64,000 bases of DNA from an uncultured Acidimicrobiaceae bacterium. GTDB taxonomy: Bacteria > Actinomycetota > Acidimicrobiia > Acidimicrobiales > RAAP-2. The position numbers and the translations under genes were made by a program. Below are positions 51,061-59,125 of this stretch, in pieces. How positions within the stretch are numbered: the first letter of the stretch is position 1; each line of letters begins with the position of its first letter. The notes under the pieces were generated by a model. That model was not told the DNA's origin. It did no database searches and worked only from the letters and a program-made list of their open reading frames with translations. Where the stretch lies: contig CAWGMU010000003.1 of NCBI GenBank assembly GCA_963823815.1, positions 326,442 to 390,441 of the forward strand, written 5' to 3'.

Positions 51061-51100
51061 GACCCGACGTCACAGGTCTGCTACCACCCACTGGCGGCTT
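51061..51100 (+). repeat. Degenerate direct repeat, left copy flanking the TA module
   Basis: GACCCGA-N21-CACTGGCGGCTT. The same pattern recurs 723 bp downstream. Confidence 0.5.
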
Positions 51101-51160
51101 CGAGAGGGTGATACCCCATGCACGCGTCAAAGGGCGCTTCTGGCGTCCCCCGCGAAGCGT

Positions 51161-51541
51161 TCAAGCCGTGACCGGAGTCAGCTTAAGTCTGTCAGCAATC
51201 GCCGTAATGTTCTCCTCGAGCGAACTCGAAATATCCCAGACAAGCTGAAACGCGTCATCATCATCCAGGTCGGGAGCAAAGCCGTTGAGATCACAACAGA
51301 CCACGGTGCTGAGCCAGGCAAGTCTCTTATTGCCGTCAACAAGCGCATGGTTCTTGGTCATCGAGTGAAGTAGCGCAGCGGCTTTGAGCTCTAACGTCTT
51401 ATATGCGTCCTCACCAAACGCGCTGGATCGGGGCCGGCCCACGGCTGAGTCCAAGAGGCCGAGATCACGGATGGGGCCAACGCCCAGCGTCCGAATCATC
51501 TCTACGACATCCTCAATATCGAGGTACTCGGTTTCGATCAC
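51161..51541 (-). CDS. doc: Doc/Fic-family toxin
   Basis: RDLGLLDSA..RP, KAAALL and HALVDGNKR (Doc-type motif). Visibly AT-richer than its neighbours. Confidence 0.9.
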   Translation of the reverse strand: MIETEYLDIEDVVEMIRTLGVGPIRDLGLLDSAVGRPRSSAFGEDAYKTLELKAAALLHSMTKNHALVDGNKRLAWLSTVVCCDLNGFAPDLDDDDAFQLVWDISSSLEENITAIADRLKLTPVTA

Positions 51542-51744
51542 TCGGCGCCGAGCCGCTCCAAGACATCGGCCCAGCGAATGGCCATGCGGTGTGTCGCGTC
51601 CGTCACTCGAGCTTCGTGACCTGTCCGCTCGTAACGCTCGAGAACCGCACGCCGAATGATCTCTTGGCGCGAGATACCCTCAACTCGTGCAAGGGAGTCG
51701 AGCGCCTCTTCGAGTGCGGCGTCGGTGCGAACTGTAAATGCCAT
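51538..51744 (-). CDS. Ribbon-helix-helix (CopG-like) antitoxin
   Basis: MAFTVRTD...LA..EGISRQEIIRRAV, C-terminal L.RL, and a 4-bp overlap with the toxin start. Confidence 0.87.
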   Translation of the reverse strand: MAFTVRTDAALEEALDSLARVEGISRQEIIRRAVLERYERTGHEARVTDATHRMAIRWADVLERLGAE

Positions 51745-51751
51745 GATTCAA

Positions 51752-51770
51752 TGATACCACTTCGGTATCA
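51752..51770. promoter_or_regulatory. TA autorepression operator
   Basis: Perfect inverted repeat TGATACC-N5-GGTATCA just upstream of the antitoxin start. Confidence 0.72.
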
Positions 51771-51783
51771 CTCTCGTGTCGGA

Positions 51784-51823
51784 GACCCGATTCAGCGGAG
51801 GTGCCATCTCGCACTGGCGGCTT
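51784..51823 (+). repeat. Degenerate direct repeat, right copy flanking the TA module
   Basis: GACCCGA-N21-CACTGGCGGCTT, 27/40 identical to 51061-51100 by hand alignment. Confidence 0.5.
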
Positions 51824-51895
51824 GATGTGTTCGAAGCGGTGTTAGGACCGAGTAGCCAAATGCGACGCTGCGTTCATCGCCGCGACCGTGCCATC

Positions 51896-52390
51896 TCACT
51901 CAGTAGCAGGGTTCCGAAGGTCATGTGGGTGGGCGTCAATCACGACCCGAAGGGTGACGTCGTGTTCAAGGGCGGCCTTGAGGGAGCTCAGCAGGAACGT
52001 GAAGCCGGCCGTTGACTCGAGCGCACGCGCGACCTGGGTGTCGGCGTCGCCGGTGAAGCCGGTTTCGGTGATGACCACGTAGGTCGTGTCGTTCTCGTGT
52101 GGACTGAAGTTGAACTCGACGGTAGTCGGATGGGAGGGGTCGTACCCGTCCCAGGTGAATCGGATCAGCCGGTCGTCCTCAACCTTGTCGACTCGGACGG
52201 CCCCGGCGGCGCCGTACATCTCCCACTCCCAGAGAAGTTCGGCGCCCTCGACCATTCGGCCGCTGCTCTTCGAGTACCAGAACCTCGTGGTGATGCTCGG
52301 ATCCGCGAGGGCCTCGAACACGTCGTGCGGCGCTCGCCGGATGAGCATGCCGACGCGCACCGTCGGCGGTCGAGTTAGTTCGCTCGACAT
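51896..52390 (-). CDS. SRPBCC/AHSA1-family protein
   Basis: VFEALADP..T.FW, WEWEMY, IRFTW and ITETGF. Confidence 0.88.
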   Translation of the reverse strand: MSSELTRPPTVRVGMLIRRAPHDVFEALADPSITTRFWYSKSSGRMVEGAELLWEWEMYGAAGAVRVDKVEDDRLIRFTWDGYDPSHPTTVEFNFSPHENDTTYVVITETGFTGDADTQVARALESTAGFTFLLSSLKAALEHDVTLRVVIDAHPHDLRNPATE

Positions 52391-52472
52391 GGATGATCTC
52401 CTCTCTTCGCGGGCGGTAGTAGCGAGCCCGAACGTTGCGGACCAGGTGGATGAGAAGCGAAGTTAGTTGGTG

Positions 52473-53918
52473 TCAGGGGAGTGAGTTGATCACCACCTGC
52501 TTCACTCGGGTGAACTCCTCCACGCCCGCGGCGCCGCCCTCCTTGCCGTAGCCCGAGGAGCGGAATCCGCCCACCGGCATCTCCGGGCCGAGGGTCAGGT
52601 GGTCGTTGATCCAGACGGTCCCGAACTGCAGGGCGTTGGCGAAACGCGTCGCGCGTCCGACGTCACGCGTCCAGACGGACCCGGCCAGTCCGTATTCGAC
52701 GTCGTTGGCGAGTTGGAGCGCCTCGTCCTCGTCGGCGAACCGCTGCACCGTCACGACCGGCCCGAAGCACTCCTGCTGGACCAGGGCGTCGGCCTGGTCC
52801 AGATCGGTCACGATGGTCGGTTCGAAGAAGAAGCCGGGCCGCTCGGGAGCGCCGCCGCCGAGCACGATGGTCCCCGTCGAACGCGCTCCCTCGACGAAAC
52901 CGCGGACCCGTGTCCGCTGGGCCTCGGAGATGAGCGGGCCGAGGGTCGTCGCGCGATCGGCGGCCGCTCCGAGCGCAACCCGCTGGAACTCGCTCGCCAA
53001 TCCTGCGAGGAAGAAGTCGAGGAGGGGAGCGTGCACGAGGATCCTTGTTGCGGCGGTGCAGTCCTGACCGGCGTTGTAGAGCGCGCAGCCGGCGATGGTC
53101 GGGAGCGCCGACTCGAGGTCGACGTCGCTGAAGACAACCACCGGGGCGTTACCGCCGAGCTCGAGGACGACGGGTTTCGGCGTCGCCGCGGCGAGCTCGG
53201 CGATCCGTCGCCCCGCTCTGGTCGAACCCGTGAACGTCGTGAGCGCGGTCAGGGGATGGGTGACCAGCGCCTCGCCGGCGACGGGACCACGCCCGTGGAC
53301 GACGTTGAGCACGCCCGGCGGCAGGACTTCGGCCGCGAGTTCACCGAAGGCGGCCGTCGTCAGTGGCGTGTTCTCCGAGGGCTTGACGACGACGGTGTTG
53401 CCCGCGGCGAGCGCCGGGCCGATCTTCCAGACGGCCTGCCACAGCGGGTAGTTCCACGGCGTGATCGCGGCGACGACGCCAAGCGGTTCTCGCCGGAGGT
53501 AGAAGGAGCGTCCCGCCACGTAGTCGCCGCCGACCTGGCCCGAACCCATCCGCGCCGCACCGACGAAGTAGCGAAACGCGTCGGCGATGGCGGGGAACTC
53601 GACGTCGTGGGCGGCGGTCCACGGCTTTCCGGCGTCGAGTACCTCGAGGTCCGCGAACCGGTCCAGGTCGGCCTCGAAGCGGTCGGCAAGTTTGCGCAGC
53701 TGCTGGAAGCGCTCACCCGGCGTGTAGCTCGACCACCGCGGAAACGCTCGGTGAGCGGCCTGGATCGCGTCCTCGACGTCCGACGCCGACGAGTCGCCGA
53801 CGGTCGCGATGGTCTCTCCCGTCGAAGGGTCGAGCACGTCGATGGTGTCATCAGACGAAGCTGGCCGCAGCGCGCCGTCGATGAGATTGTCAACCCTTCG
53901 CACCGAGTTGTCGCGCAC
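52473..53918 (-). CDS. Aldehyde dehydrogenase (aminobutyraldehyde/betaine-aldehyde type)
   Basis: ITPWNYP, KPSE, FTGS, LELGG, NAGQDC and E.FGPV. Confidence 0.92.
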   Translation of the reverse strand: MRDNSVRRVDNLIDGALRPASSDDTIDVLDPSTGETIATVGDSSASDVEDAIQAAHRAFPRWSSYTPGERFQQLRKLADRFEADLDRFADLEVLDAGKPWTAAHDVEFPAIADAFRYFVGAARMGSGQVGGDYVAGRSFYLRREPLGVVAAITPWNYPLWQAVWKIGPALAAGNTVVVKPSENTPLTTAAFGELAAEVLPPGVLNVVHGRGPVAGEALVTHPLTALTTFTGSTRAGRRIAELAAATPKPVVLELGGNAPVVVFSDVDLESALPTIAGCALYNAGQDCTAATRILVHAPLLDFFLAGLASEFQRVALGAAADRATTLGPLISEAQRTRVRGFVEGARSTGTIVLGGGAPERPGFFFEPTIVTDLDQADALVQQECFGPVVTVQRFADEDEALQLANDVEYGLAGSVWTRDVGRATRFANALQFGTVWINDHLTLGPEMPVGGFRSSGYGKEGGAAGVEEFTRVKQVVINSLP

Positions 53919-54010
53919 GTGGCTCCCCTCTACTCGCCGAGCGTCGCCGCTCACCGTGGCGGTCCGCCCGCGACGGGCCACGGTGCTCGGCCCCTCTCGG
54001 GTGTACCGGT

Positions 54011-55654
54011 CTATTCGACCGGGATCTCCTTGTTGATGAGACCGAGGTCGATGCCCTGGCTCTTGCGCACGAGTCGCGCCACGATGTAGACGACGATCGC
54101 GAGCACGTAGAGCGCGGCCATGAAGACGAGCGAACCCTTGTTGTTCACGCCGAACGCGCTGTTCTTCATCCACTCGATGAGGTTGTAGATGATGAGGCTC
54201 ATCGTCACGAGTCCCGCGACCGGCACGATGGGTACGCCCATGAATCGGAATTTGCTCGCGGCCGACGAGGCCCACAGCTCGGGCTTGCGCCAGGGGAGAA
54301 TGACGACCGCGAAGGCGCTGACGAGATACGTCACCGCGATCACGAGCGTCGCGTCCAAGGTATACGTCGCGAATTTGACCCAATAGGAGTAGACGGCGCT
54401 CAGCGCCACGGCCGGCAACAGCATCAAGAAGAGCGACGCCATCGGGACCTTGCGCTTCTCCGAGACCGAAGCGGCCGCGTCGGGCAGCACACGGTCGAAG
54501 GCAGCGGCGAAGATCACCCGAGTGGAGGAGAGAAAGAGTGTCCCGACCCAGCCGAAAAACCAGAGGCTCATCACGAGCAGCAAGATCACCTGGAAGGCCG
54601 CGTTGTGGACTAGCCAACCGGCCAGCATCATCGGGTACGGCCAGATCGGGATGGTCGCCTTGCCCGCCCAGTAGACGGCGTTCGCGTCGTTGTAGAACGA
54701 CCAGCCGAAGGTCTTGAGCATCAGCAACAAGAACACGACCGAGAGCAGGACCGTCAGCCAGAGGCCCGTGAACATGCCGGTGAAGACGCGCTTGAAGTCA
54801 CTCGCGCCGCGCACCTCGCCGTAGAGCGTCGAGCCCCAGTTCGGCCACAGGAGATAGAACATCAGCATCGGCACGAGCAGCATGCTCGCGCCCCAGGCGT
54901 TCAGCCCGAAGGCTGGCGCCGAGTAGCTGATGGCTTTCGCGGCGGACTGCGTGGCGCCGTAAGCGTGGTTGACGCCGAAGATCTTGTGCGCCTCAAGGTT
55001 GATGGAGCTCACGAAGCTGCTGTGCGAGTGGAAGAGCAACAAGACGACGACGGCGAGGAAGCCGACCATGCCGCCGAGGAAGCACCACTTCTGGATCTTG
55101 GCGTAGCCGCCCATGCCGAGCGAGACGAAGATGCCCGCCAGGATGATCGTGATGACGCAGATCGTCATCGTGCCGTTGTGCGTGCCGAAGTACGAGGCGA
55201 GGCCCTTCGCGCCGATGGTGTAGAGCACCGGCTGGAAGAGTTCGACGTTGAGGACCGTCCCGTAGATCGGCGCCCACAGCCAGAGGATGAACCACCAGCC
55301 GGTCGTCGCGAACACGAAGCCCACCGGTCCGCCGAGGATGCGACTCTGCCAGACGTAGTCGCCCCCGGCTCTCGGTATCGTCACGATGAGGCCGGTGTAG
55401 GCGATCACGAGGAACGACACCCACACCGCCGAGATCAGTACGCCCGTGAGCAACTGGCCCTTCGGGATGAACGAGTTGAAGGAGAACTCATAGATCCCGA
55501 GCGTGATGATGTTCGTCGACAGGCAGGCGTAGATGATCGCGTCGCGCACCGACCAGCCCCGCACTAGGCCGGTCGCCTTGCGCAGGAACAGCGTCGGGGC
55601 TTCGGACCCCAACGGCCTTCCCCCCAGGTCTCCGGTGTCTTCGGTAATTGCCAC
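54011..55654 (-). CDS. APC-superfamily amino acid/amine permease
   Basis: FLRKATGLVR, PRAGGDYVWQSR, GEV, R.IFA.AFDR.LP and C-terminal EIPVE. At least 12 TM segments. Confidence 0.88.
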   Translation of the reverse strand: MAITEDTGDLGGRPLGSEAPTLFLRKATGLVRGWSVRDAIIYACLSTNIITLGIYEFSFNSFIPKGQLLTGVLISAVWVSFLVIAYTGLIVTIPRAGGDYVWQSRILGGPVGFVFATTGWWFILWLWAPIYGTVLNVELFQPVLYTIGAKGLASYFGTHNGTMTICVITIILAGIFVSLGMGGYAKIQKWCFLGGMVGFLAVVVLLLFHSHSSFVSSINLEAHKIFGVNHAYGATQSAAKAISYSAPAFGLNAWGASMLLVPMLMFYLLWPNWGSTLYGEVRGASDFKRVFTGMFTGLWLTVLLSVVFLLLMLKTFGWSFYNDANAVYWAGKATIPIWPYPMMLAGWLVHNAAFQVILLLVMSLWFFGWVGTLFLSSTRVIFAAAFDRVLPDAAASVSEKRKVPMASLFLMLLPAVALSAVYSYWVKFATYTLDATLVIAVTYLVSAFAVVILPWRKPELWASSAASKFRFMGVPIVPVAGLVTMSLIIYNLIEWMKNSAFGVNNKGSLVFMAALYVLAIVVYIVARLVRKSQGIDLGLINKEIPVE

Positions 55655-55673
55655 GATTCCCCCTTGGTAGTGG

Positions 55674-56612
55674 TTAGCCGTTGACGAGGATGTACCTCGT
55701 CACCTTCTTCTTCTTTTCGTTGAGATCGATCACGGCGCCCTGGAGGACGCCGTCGGTGTAGACGCTGCCGGGATTGAGCGCCAAGGTGCGGCCCAGGTTC
55801 TTCATGCCCCGGCTCTCGTGGATGTGGCCGTGCACCGAGAGCATCGGCTGGTGCTTCATGATCGCCTCGGCGACGGCCTTCGAGCCGACCGGCTCCATGA
55901 CTGCGCCGCCATGCTTCGGCCGCAGGGTCTCGTCGAGTGCCGGCGCCTCGTCGAGGCCCGAGTTATAGGGCGGCGCGTGGAAGTTGAAGATGGCCCGACC
56001 CATGTCGGGGATCTGCTCGGCGAGGGCCTCGATGCGCTGGGCGAGCTCGGGCTCGCTGGCCTCGCGGAAGGTGTTCCAGGGGGTGGGGTTGGTGTAGCCC
56101 ATTGAGGCTAGATAGAACCCGTCGAGTTCGACGACCTTGCCCTCGGTGAAGTTCACGTGGGGCGCGGACTCGATGACGTTGTCGATCTCGAAGGTGTCGT
56201 CGTTGCCGCCGTTCAGGTAGCACGGGATCGTTCCCTCGCGCAGCTTCGAGTCGGCCATGTCCAGCCAGCGGTCGAGGGTGTGGACCATCTCGGTCGTGAA
56301 GCGACGGTCGATCGAGCCGTCCTCCTCGTTGAGGGCGTTGAGCTCCTCAGAGGAGATGCGGGTGGGGTAGAAGCCGCGGTTGCGGATCAGCGCCTCGATG
56401 GCCTTCACCTCTTCTTCGGACTCGAGGTGGTGCTTTTCGCCGGCGAAGGTGACCTCGTAGAAGCCGTTCCCGACGACGACCGGCACCAGCACCTTCCCGG
56501 TGAGGTCGCCGCCCAGGATCACCATGTCCGCTTTGTAGAAGGCGGCGGCGTTCAGGAACTTGCGCCAGCAGATCTCCGAGCCGTGGATGTCGGTCGCGAA
56601 GAAGATCCTCAT
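55674..56612 (-). CDS. Calcineurin-like (Icc-related) metallophosphoesterase
   Basis: TDIHGS, GGDLTGK, GNDD, HAPP and HGHIHE. Confidence 0.9.
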   Translation of the reverse strand: MRIFFATDIHGSEICWRKFLNAAAFYKADMVILGGDLTGKVLVPVVVGNGFYEVTFAGEKHHLESEEEVKAIEALIRNRGFYPTRISSEELNALNEEDGSIDRRFTTEMVHTLDRWLDMADSKLREGTIPCYLNGGNDDTFEIDNVIESAPHVNFTEGKVVELDGFYLASMGYTNPTPWNTFREASEPELAQRIEALAEQIPDMGRAIFNFHAPPYNSGLDEAPALDETLRPKHGGAVMEPVGSKAVAEAIMKHQPMLSVHGHIHESRGMKNLGRTLALNPGSVYTDGVLQGAVIDLNEKKKKVTRYILVNG

Positions 56613-56655
56613 GCCCGCCTTCGCACCTCCCGACTACCGCTCAGGGCGAGCGTAA

Positions 56656-56671
56656 AACCACCATATGGAAC
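56656..56671 (-). promoter_or_regulatory. Candidate IclR-like site upstream of phosphoesterase-APC-ALDH
   Basis: Minus-strand GTTCCATATGGTGGTT matches GTTCTACAATGTGATT (63322-63337) at 11 of 16 positions. Confidence 0.4.
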
Positions 56672-56738
56672 GGCGCTTCTCGCCGCCTACCCGGAGCGCT
56701 GGCAATGCTTATCACAGGTCCCCAAGAGTTTCAAGGAG

Positions 56739-57518
56739 TTAGTGATCAACCTCTTCGGGTAACTCGTACCAGCGCGTCCGCTCACCGACCTTGGCGCGCA
56801 TCTTCCACTTCATCGACTTGGGCGTCGTGTTCGCGATCTCGAAAAGCAAGACGGCGCTCGCCAAGGCGTCGTACGGCGCGGGTGTCGGCACGAGGTGCGG
56901 ATGCTCCTCGGCGAGGTGCGGCAGCTTCGCGAGGTTGCCCGTGACGGTGCGCCACCAACCCCAGTCACCGGCGAGGACCTTCTCGAATCTCGTCGCGTCG
57001 ATGCCGCCCGCACTCGTGGTCTCGCCGACCACCACGGGGTGTCCCGAGAGCAGGTGGAAGATGTCGTGCGCGTCCTTCTCGTTGATCTCGATGATCTGGA
57101 GCTTCGTGAGCAGCACGTCGACGACGTCGAGCGTGATCGGCATCGCCGAGAAGCGCGGTCGAAAGTCCAGCACGTGGCACATGTTGAGCTGGTCCACCAT
57201 CACGTCGATCGGCCGCCCCGAGGGCGCGTTGAAGTACATCTGGCGATCACCGTTGAGCGAGTTGAACCGCTTGTCCGCCTCGCAGCCGGCCGACTCGAGG
57301 TAGGTGACGACGTCCTTTCGACCCTTCGAGAGACAGCCGAAGTCGATGTCCTGATCCCGGCGCAGTCGCGGCGTGAAGTCGGGGCAGAGCACGCGCACCG
57401 CCAGTCCGCCGAGCAGACGCAAGTGCACGCCCGCGGCGGCGGCCCCCTCGGCGAGCGCGCGCGCCTCGGTTAAGGGGTCGTCGGCCGTGCCGACGAGGTC
57501 CGCTGCGCTCTCGGCCAT
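56739..57518 (-). CDS. Pol-beta-superfamily nucleotidyltransferase-like protein
   Basis: LLGGLAV (hGG), DIDF (DxD), IDV (third Asp), LLTKL and KD..D. Confidence 0.75.
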   Translation of the reverse strand: MAESAADLVGTADDPLTEARALAEGAAAAGVHLRLLGGLAVRVLCPDFTPRLRRDQDIDFGCLSKGRKDVVTYLESAGCEADKRFNSLNGDRQMYFNAPSGRPIDVMVDQLNMCHVLDFRPRFSAMPITLDVVDVLLTKLQIIEINEKDAHDIFHLLSGHPVVVGETTSAGGIDATRFEKVLAGDWGWWRTVTGNLAKLPHLAEEHPHLVPTPAPYDALASAVLLFEIANTTPKSMKWKMRAKVGERTRWYELPEEVDH

Positions 57519-57585
57519 CGGTGCTCCCTTGATCGACAGGGCAAATCTATACCGGGGCGCACGTCGCCTCGGAGCCGCGCTGAGC

Positions 57586-58464
57586 TCAGCGACGCGCCGT
57601 CGAGTCGTCGAGCGTGGGGGAGTGCGTCGTGGCGGCGGCGAGCAGCGACTGGCGCCACTGTTCGGTCTCGCGCAGTTGGTTGAACGTGAAGACGTGCACA
57701 CCGTCGACCTTGTTCCCCGGGTCCGCCAAGGCCGCTCCCTCGCGTTGGAGCAGCCGAGTCGGGTCGTAGCCGCCGGGCGTGCCGAGGCGCACGATCCAGT
57801 TCCGGTGCCCCGAGAGGACCCGCGCCGATTCGCCGACGCCGATCTTCGTCGCCATGCGCAACAGCTTCGCCTGCTCGACGGGTCCCGCGAGTCCGAAGTA
57901 GAGCGGCAACTCGACGCCGCGCGAGCGCACCCGCGCGATCCATTTGCGCGCCGTCGTCGCGTTGAAACAGAGGTTGCTCACGATGTAGGTGGCGTAGCGG
58001 CGCTTGTCCCACATCGCCTGAACGGTGAGGTCGTCCGAGATGCGCGGATGGCTCTCGGGATAGCCGGTGATCCCGACGTTCGGAAACGGCCGCCCGAGTT
58101 CGTCGAGTTCGAGCAGCAGACCGAGCGAGCTGTCGTAGCGCCCGACCGGGGGATCGGCGTCGCCCGCGGGAACAAAGACGTCCTCCACGCCGAGGGCCAC
58201 GAGTCGCGCGACGATCTCTTCCAAGTGCGAGCGATCGACGACGAGTCTCGCCGAGACGTGCGGCACGACGCGATAACCCTCAGCGCGAAGGCGCTCGGTT
58301 ATCTCGAGCGAGGTGTCGAGGCCCTTGGTGGGCGAGGCCGTCACGGTGACGGTGACGTCGCGCGGCACGAACTCGAGGACCTTCTGCGCGATGGACGCGT
58401 TGGGGATGATCTCGTAACGTGGACGCTCGAGCAAGGTCGTGGCCGACCGGAGTGAACTACGCAC
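57586..58464 (-). CDS. metF: Methylenetetrahydrofolate reductase (MetF-like)
   Basis: YEIIP, VVPHVSAR, AGD, ITGYPESHP and HVFTFN. Methyl-transfer gene context. Confidence 0.82.
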   Translation of the reverse strand: MRSSLRSATTLLERPRYEIIPNASIAQKVLEFVPRDVTVTVTASPTKGLDTSLEITERLRAEGYRVVPHVSARLVVDRSHLEEIVARLVALGVEDVFVPAGDADPPVGRYDSSLGLLLELDELGRPFPNVGITGYPESHPRISDDLTVQAMWDKRRYATYIVSNLCFNATTARKWIARVRSRGVELPLYFGLAGPVEQAKLLRMATKIGVGESARVLSGHRNWIVRLGTPGGYDPTRLLQREGAALADPGNKVDGVHVFTFNQLRETEQWRQSLLAAATTHSPTLDDSTARR

Positions 58465-59125
58465 GATGACTCACCGCCACCGTCGCCCCGGATGAGCGCG
58501 CCATCCGCAGAAGACTCTCGAGCTCGACTTCGAGTGAACCGGTGCCGACGTTCACGATCTCGAGCGGCAAGGCGAAGAGCGTCGCCACCGCGCGGGCCTC
58601 CTCTTCGAGTTCGGCGCGCGGTCGCTGTGCCAGCCACACGACGCGCCGATAGTGGGAGAAGTAGTCGCCCCAGAGCTCGGGGTGACGGTCGAGACCGAGC
58701 TCGTGTAGCACGGTGCGGCGAAAGCTCTTCACCAAGAAGTCCGTCAGCAGATAGGTGCCGGGCTCTGCGGCGAACAGCTCAGCGACTTCGGTCGAGCCGG
58801 CAAAGACGTCGTAGCAGTGCTGACCGCCGAGGCGCTCGAGCGAGAGTCGGCGACAGACGTCGTCGAGCGCGCCGTAGGTGCCACAGTCGGCGTAGGCGAG
58901 AGCGACGCGGTGACCCTGAGAGAGGAGCTCTCGGGCGAGGGACTCGACCGCCGGTGCGATCTCGTGGGGACGATTGTGCAACAGAGCGGGCAGGAGATGG
59001 AGGTCGACGGACCAGTTCCGACGACTCGCGATCTCGCGGATCGAGGGGCCGAGCGCCCCGCAGGCGATGACCGCGACCTCGGGAACCTCAGGCGGGGAAG
59101 GCCAGCTGATCGACGAATCGGTCAT
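58457..59125 (-). CDS. DUF1638-like protein (corrinoid reactivation accessory)
   Basis: VIACGAL, LHNRP..I, YADCGT.G.LD, HCY, YLLTDFL and YF.HY. Adjacent to the ASKHA activator. Confidence 0.8.
   Translation of the reverse strand: MTDSSISWPSPPEVPEVAVIACGALGPSIREIASRRNWSVDLHLLPALLHNRPHEIAPAVESLARELLSQGHRVALAYADCGTYGALDDVCRRLSLERLGGQHCYDVFAGSTEVAELFAAEPGTYLLTDFLVKSFRRTVLHELGLDRHPELWGDYFSHYRRVVWLAQRPRAELEEEARAVATLFALPLEIVNVGTGSLEVELESLLRMARSSGATVAVSHRA

Noticed and set aside
52473-54617. 714-aa ALDH and other long N-terminal extensions in the ORF track (16031, 17134, 41724, 43306)
   Set aside because: The extensions overlap upstream genes in another frame. Internal starts give normal-sized proteins, so these are not fusions.
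56739-57518. NTase as an AbiEii/MNT toxin-antitoxin or CBASS defence component
   Set aside because: No adjacent HEPN, AbiEi antitoxin or effector gene. Composition is host-like and the context is metabolic.
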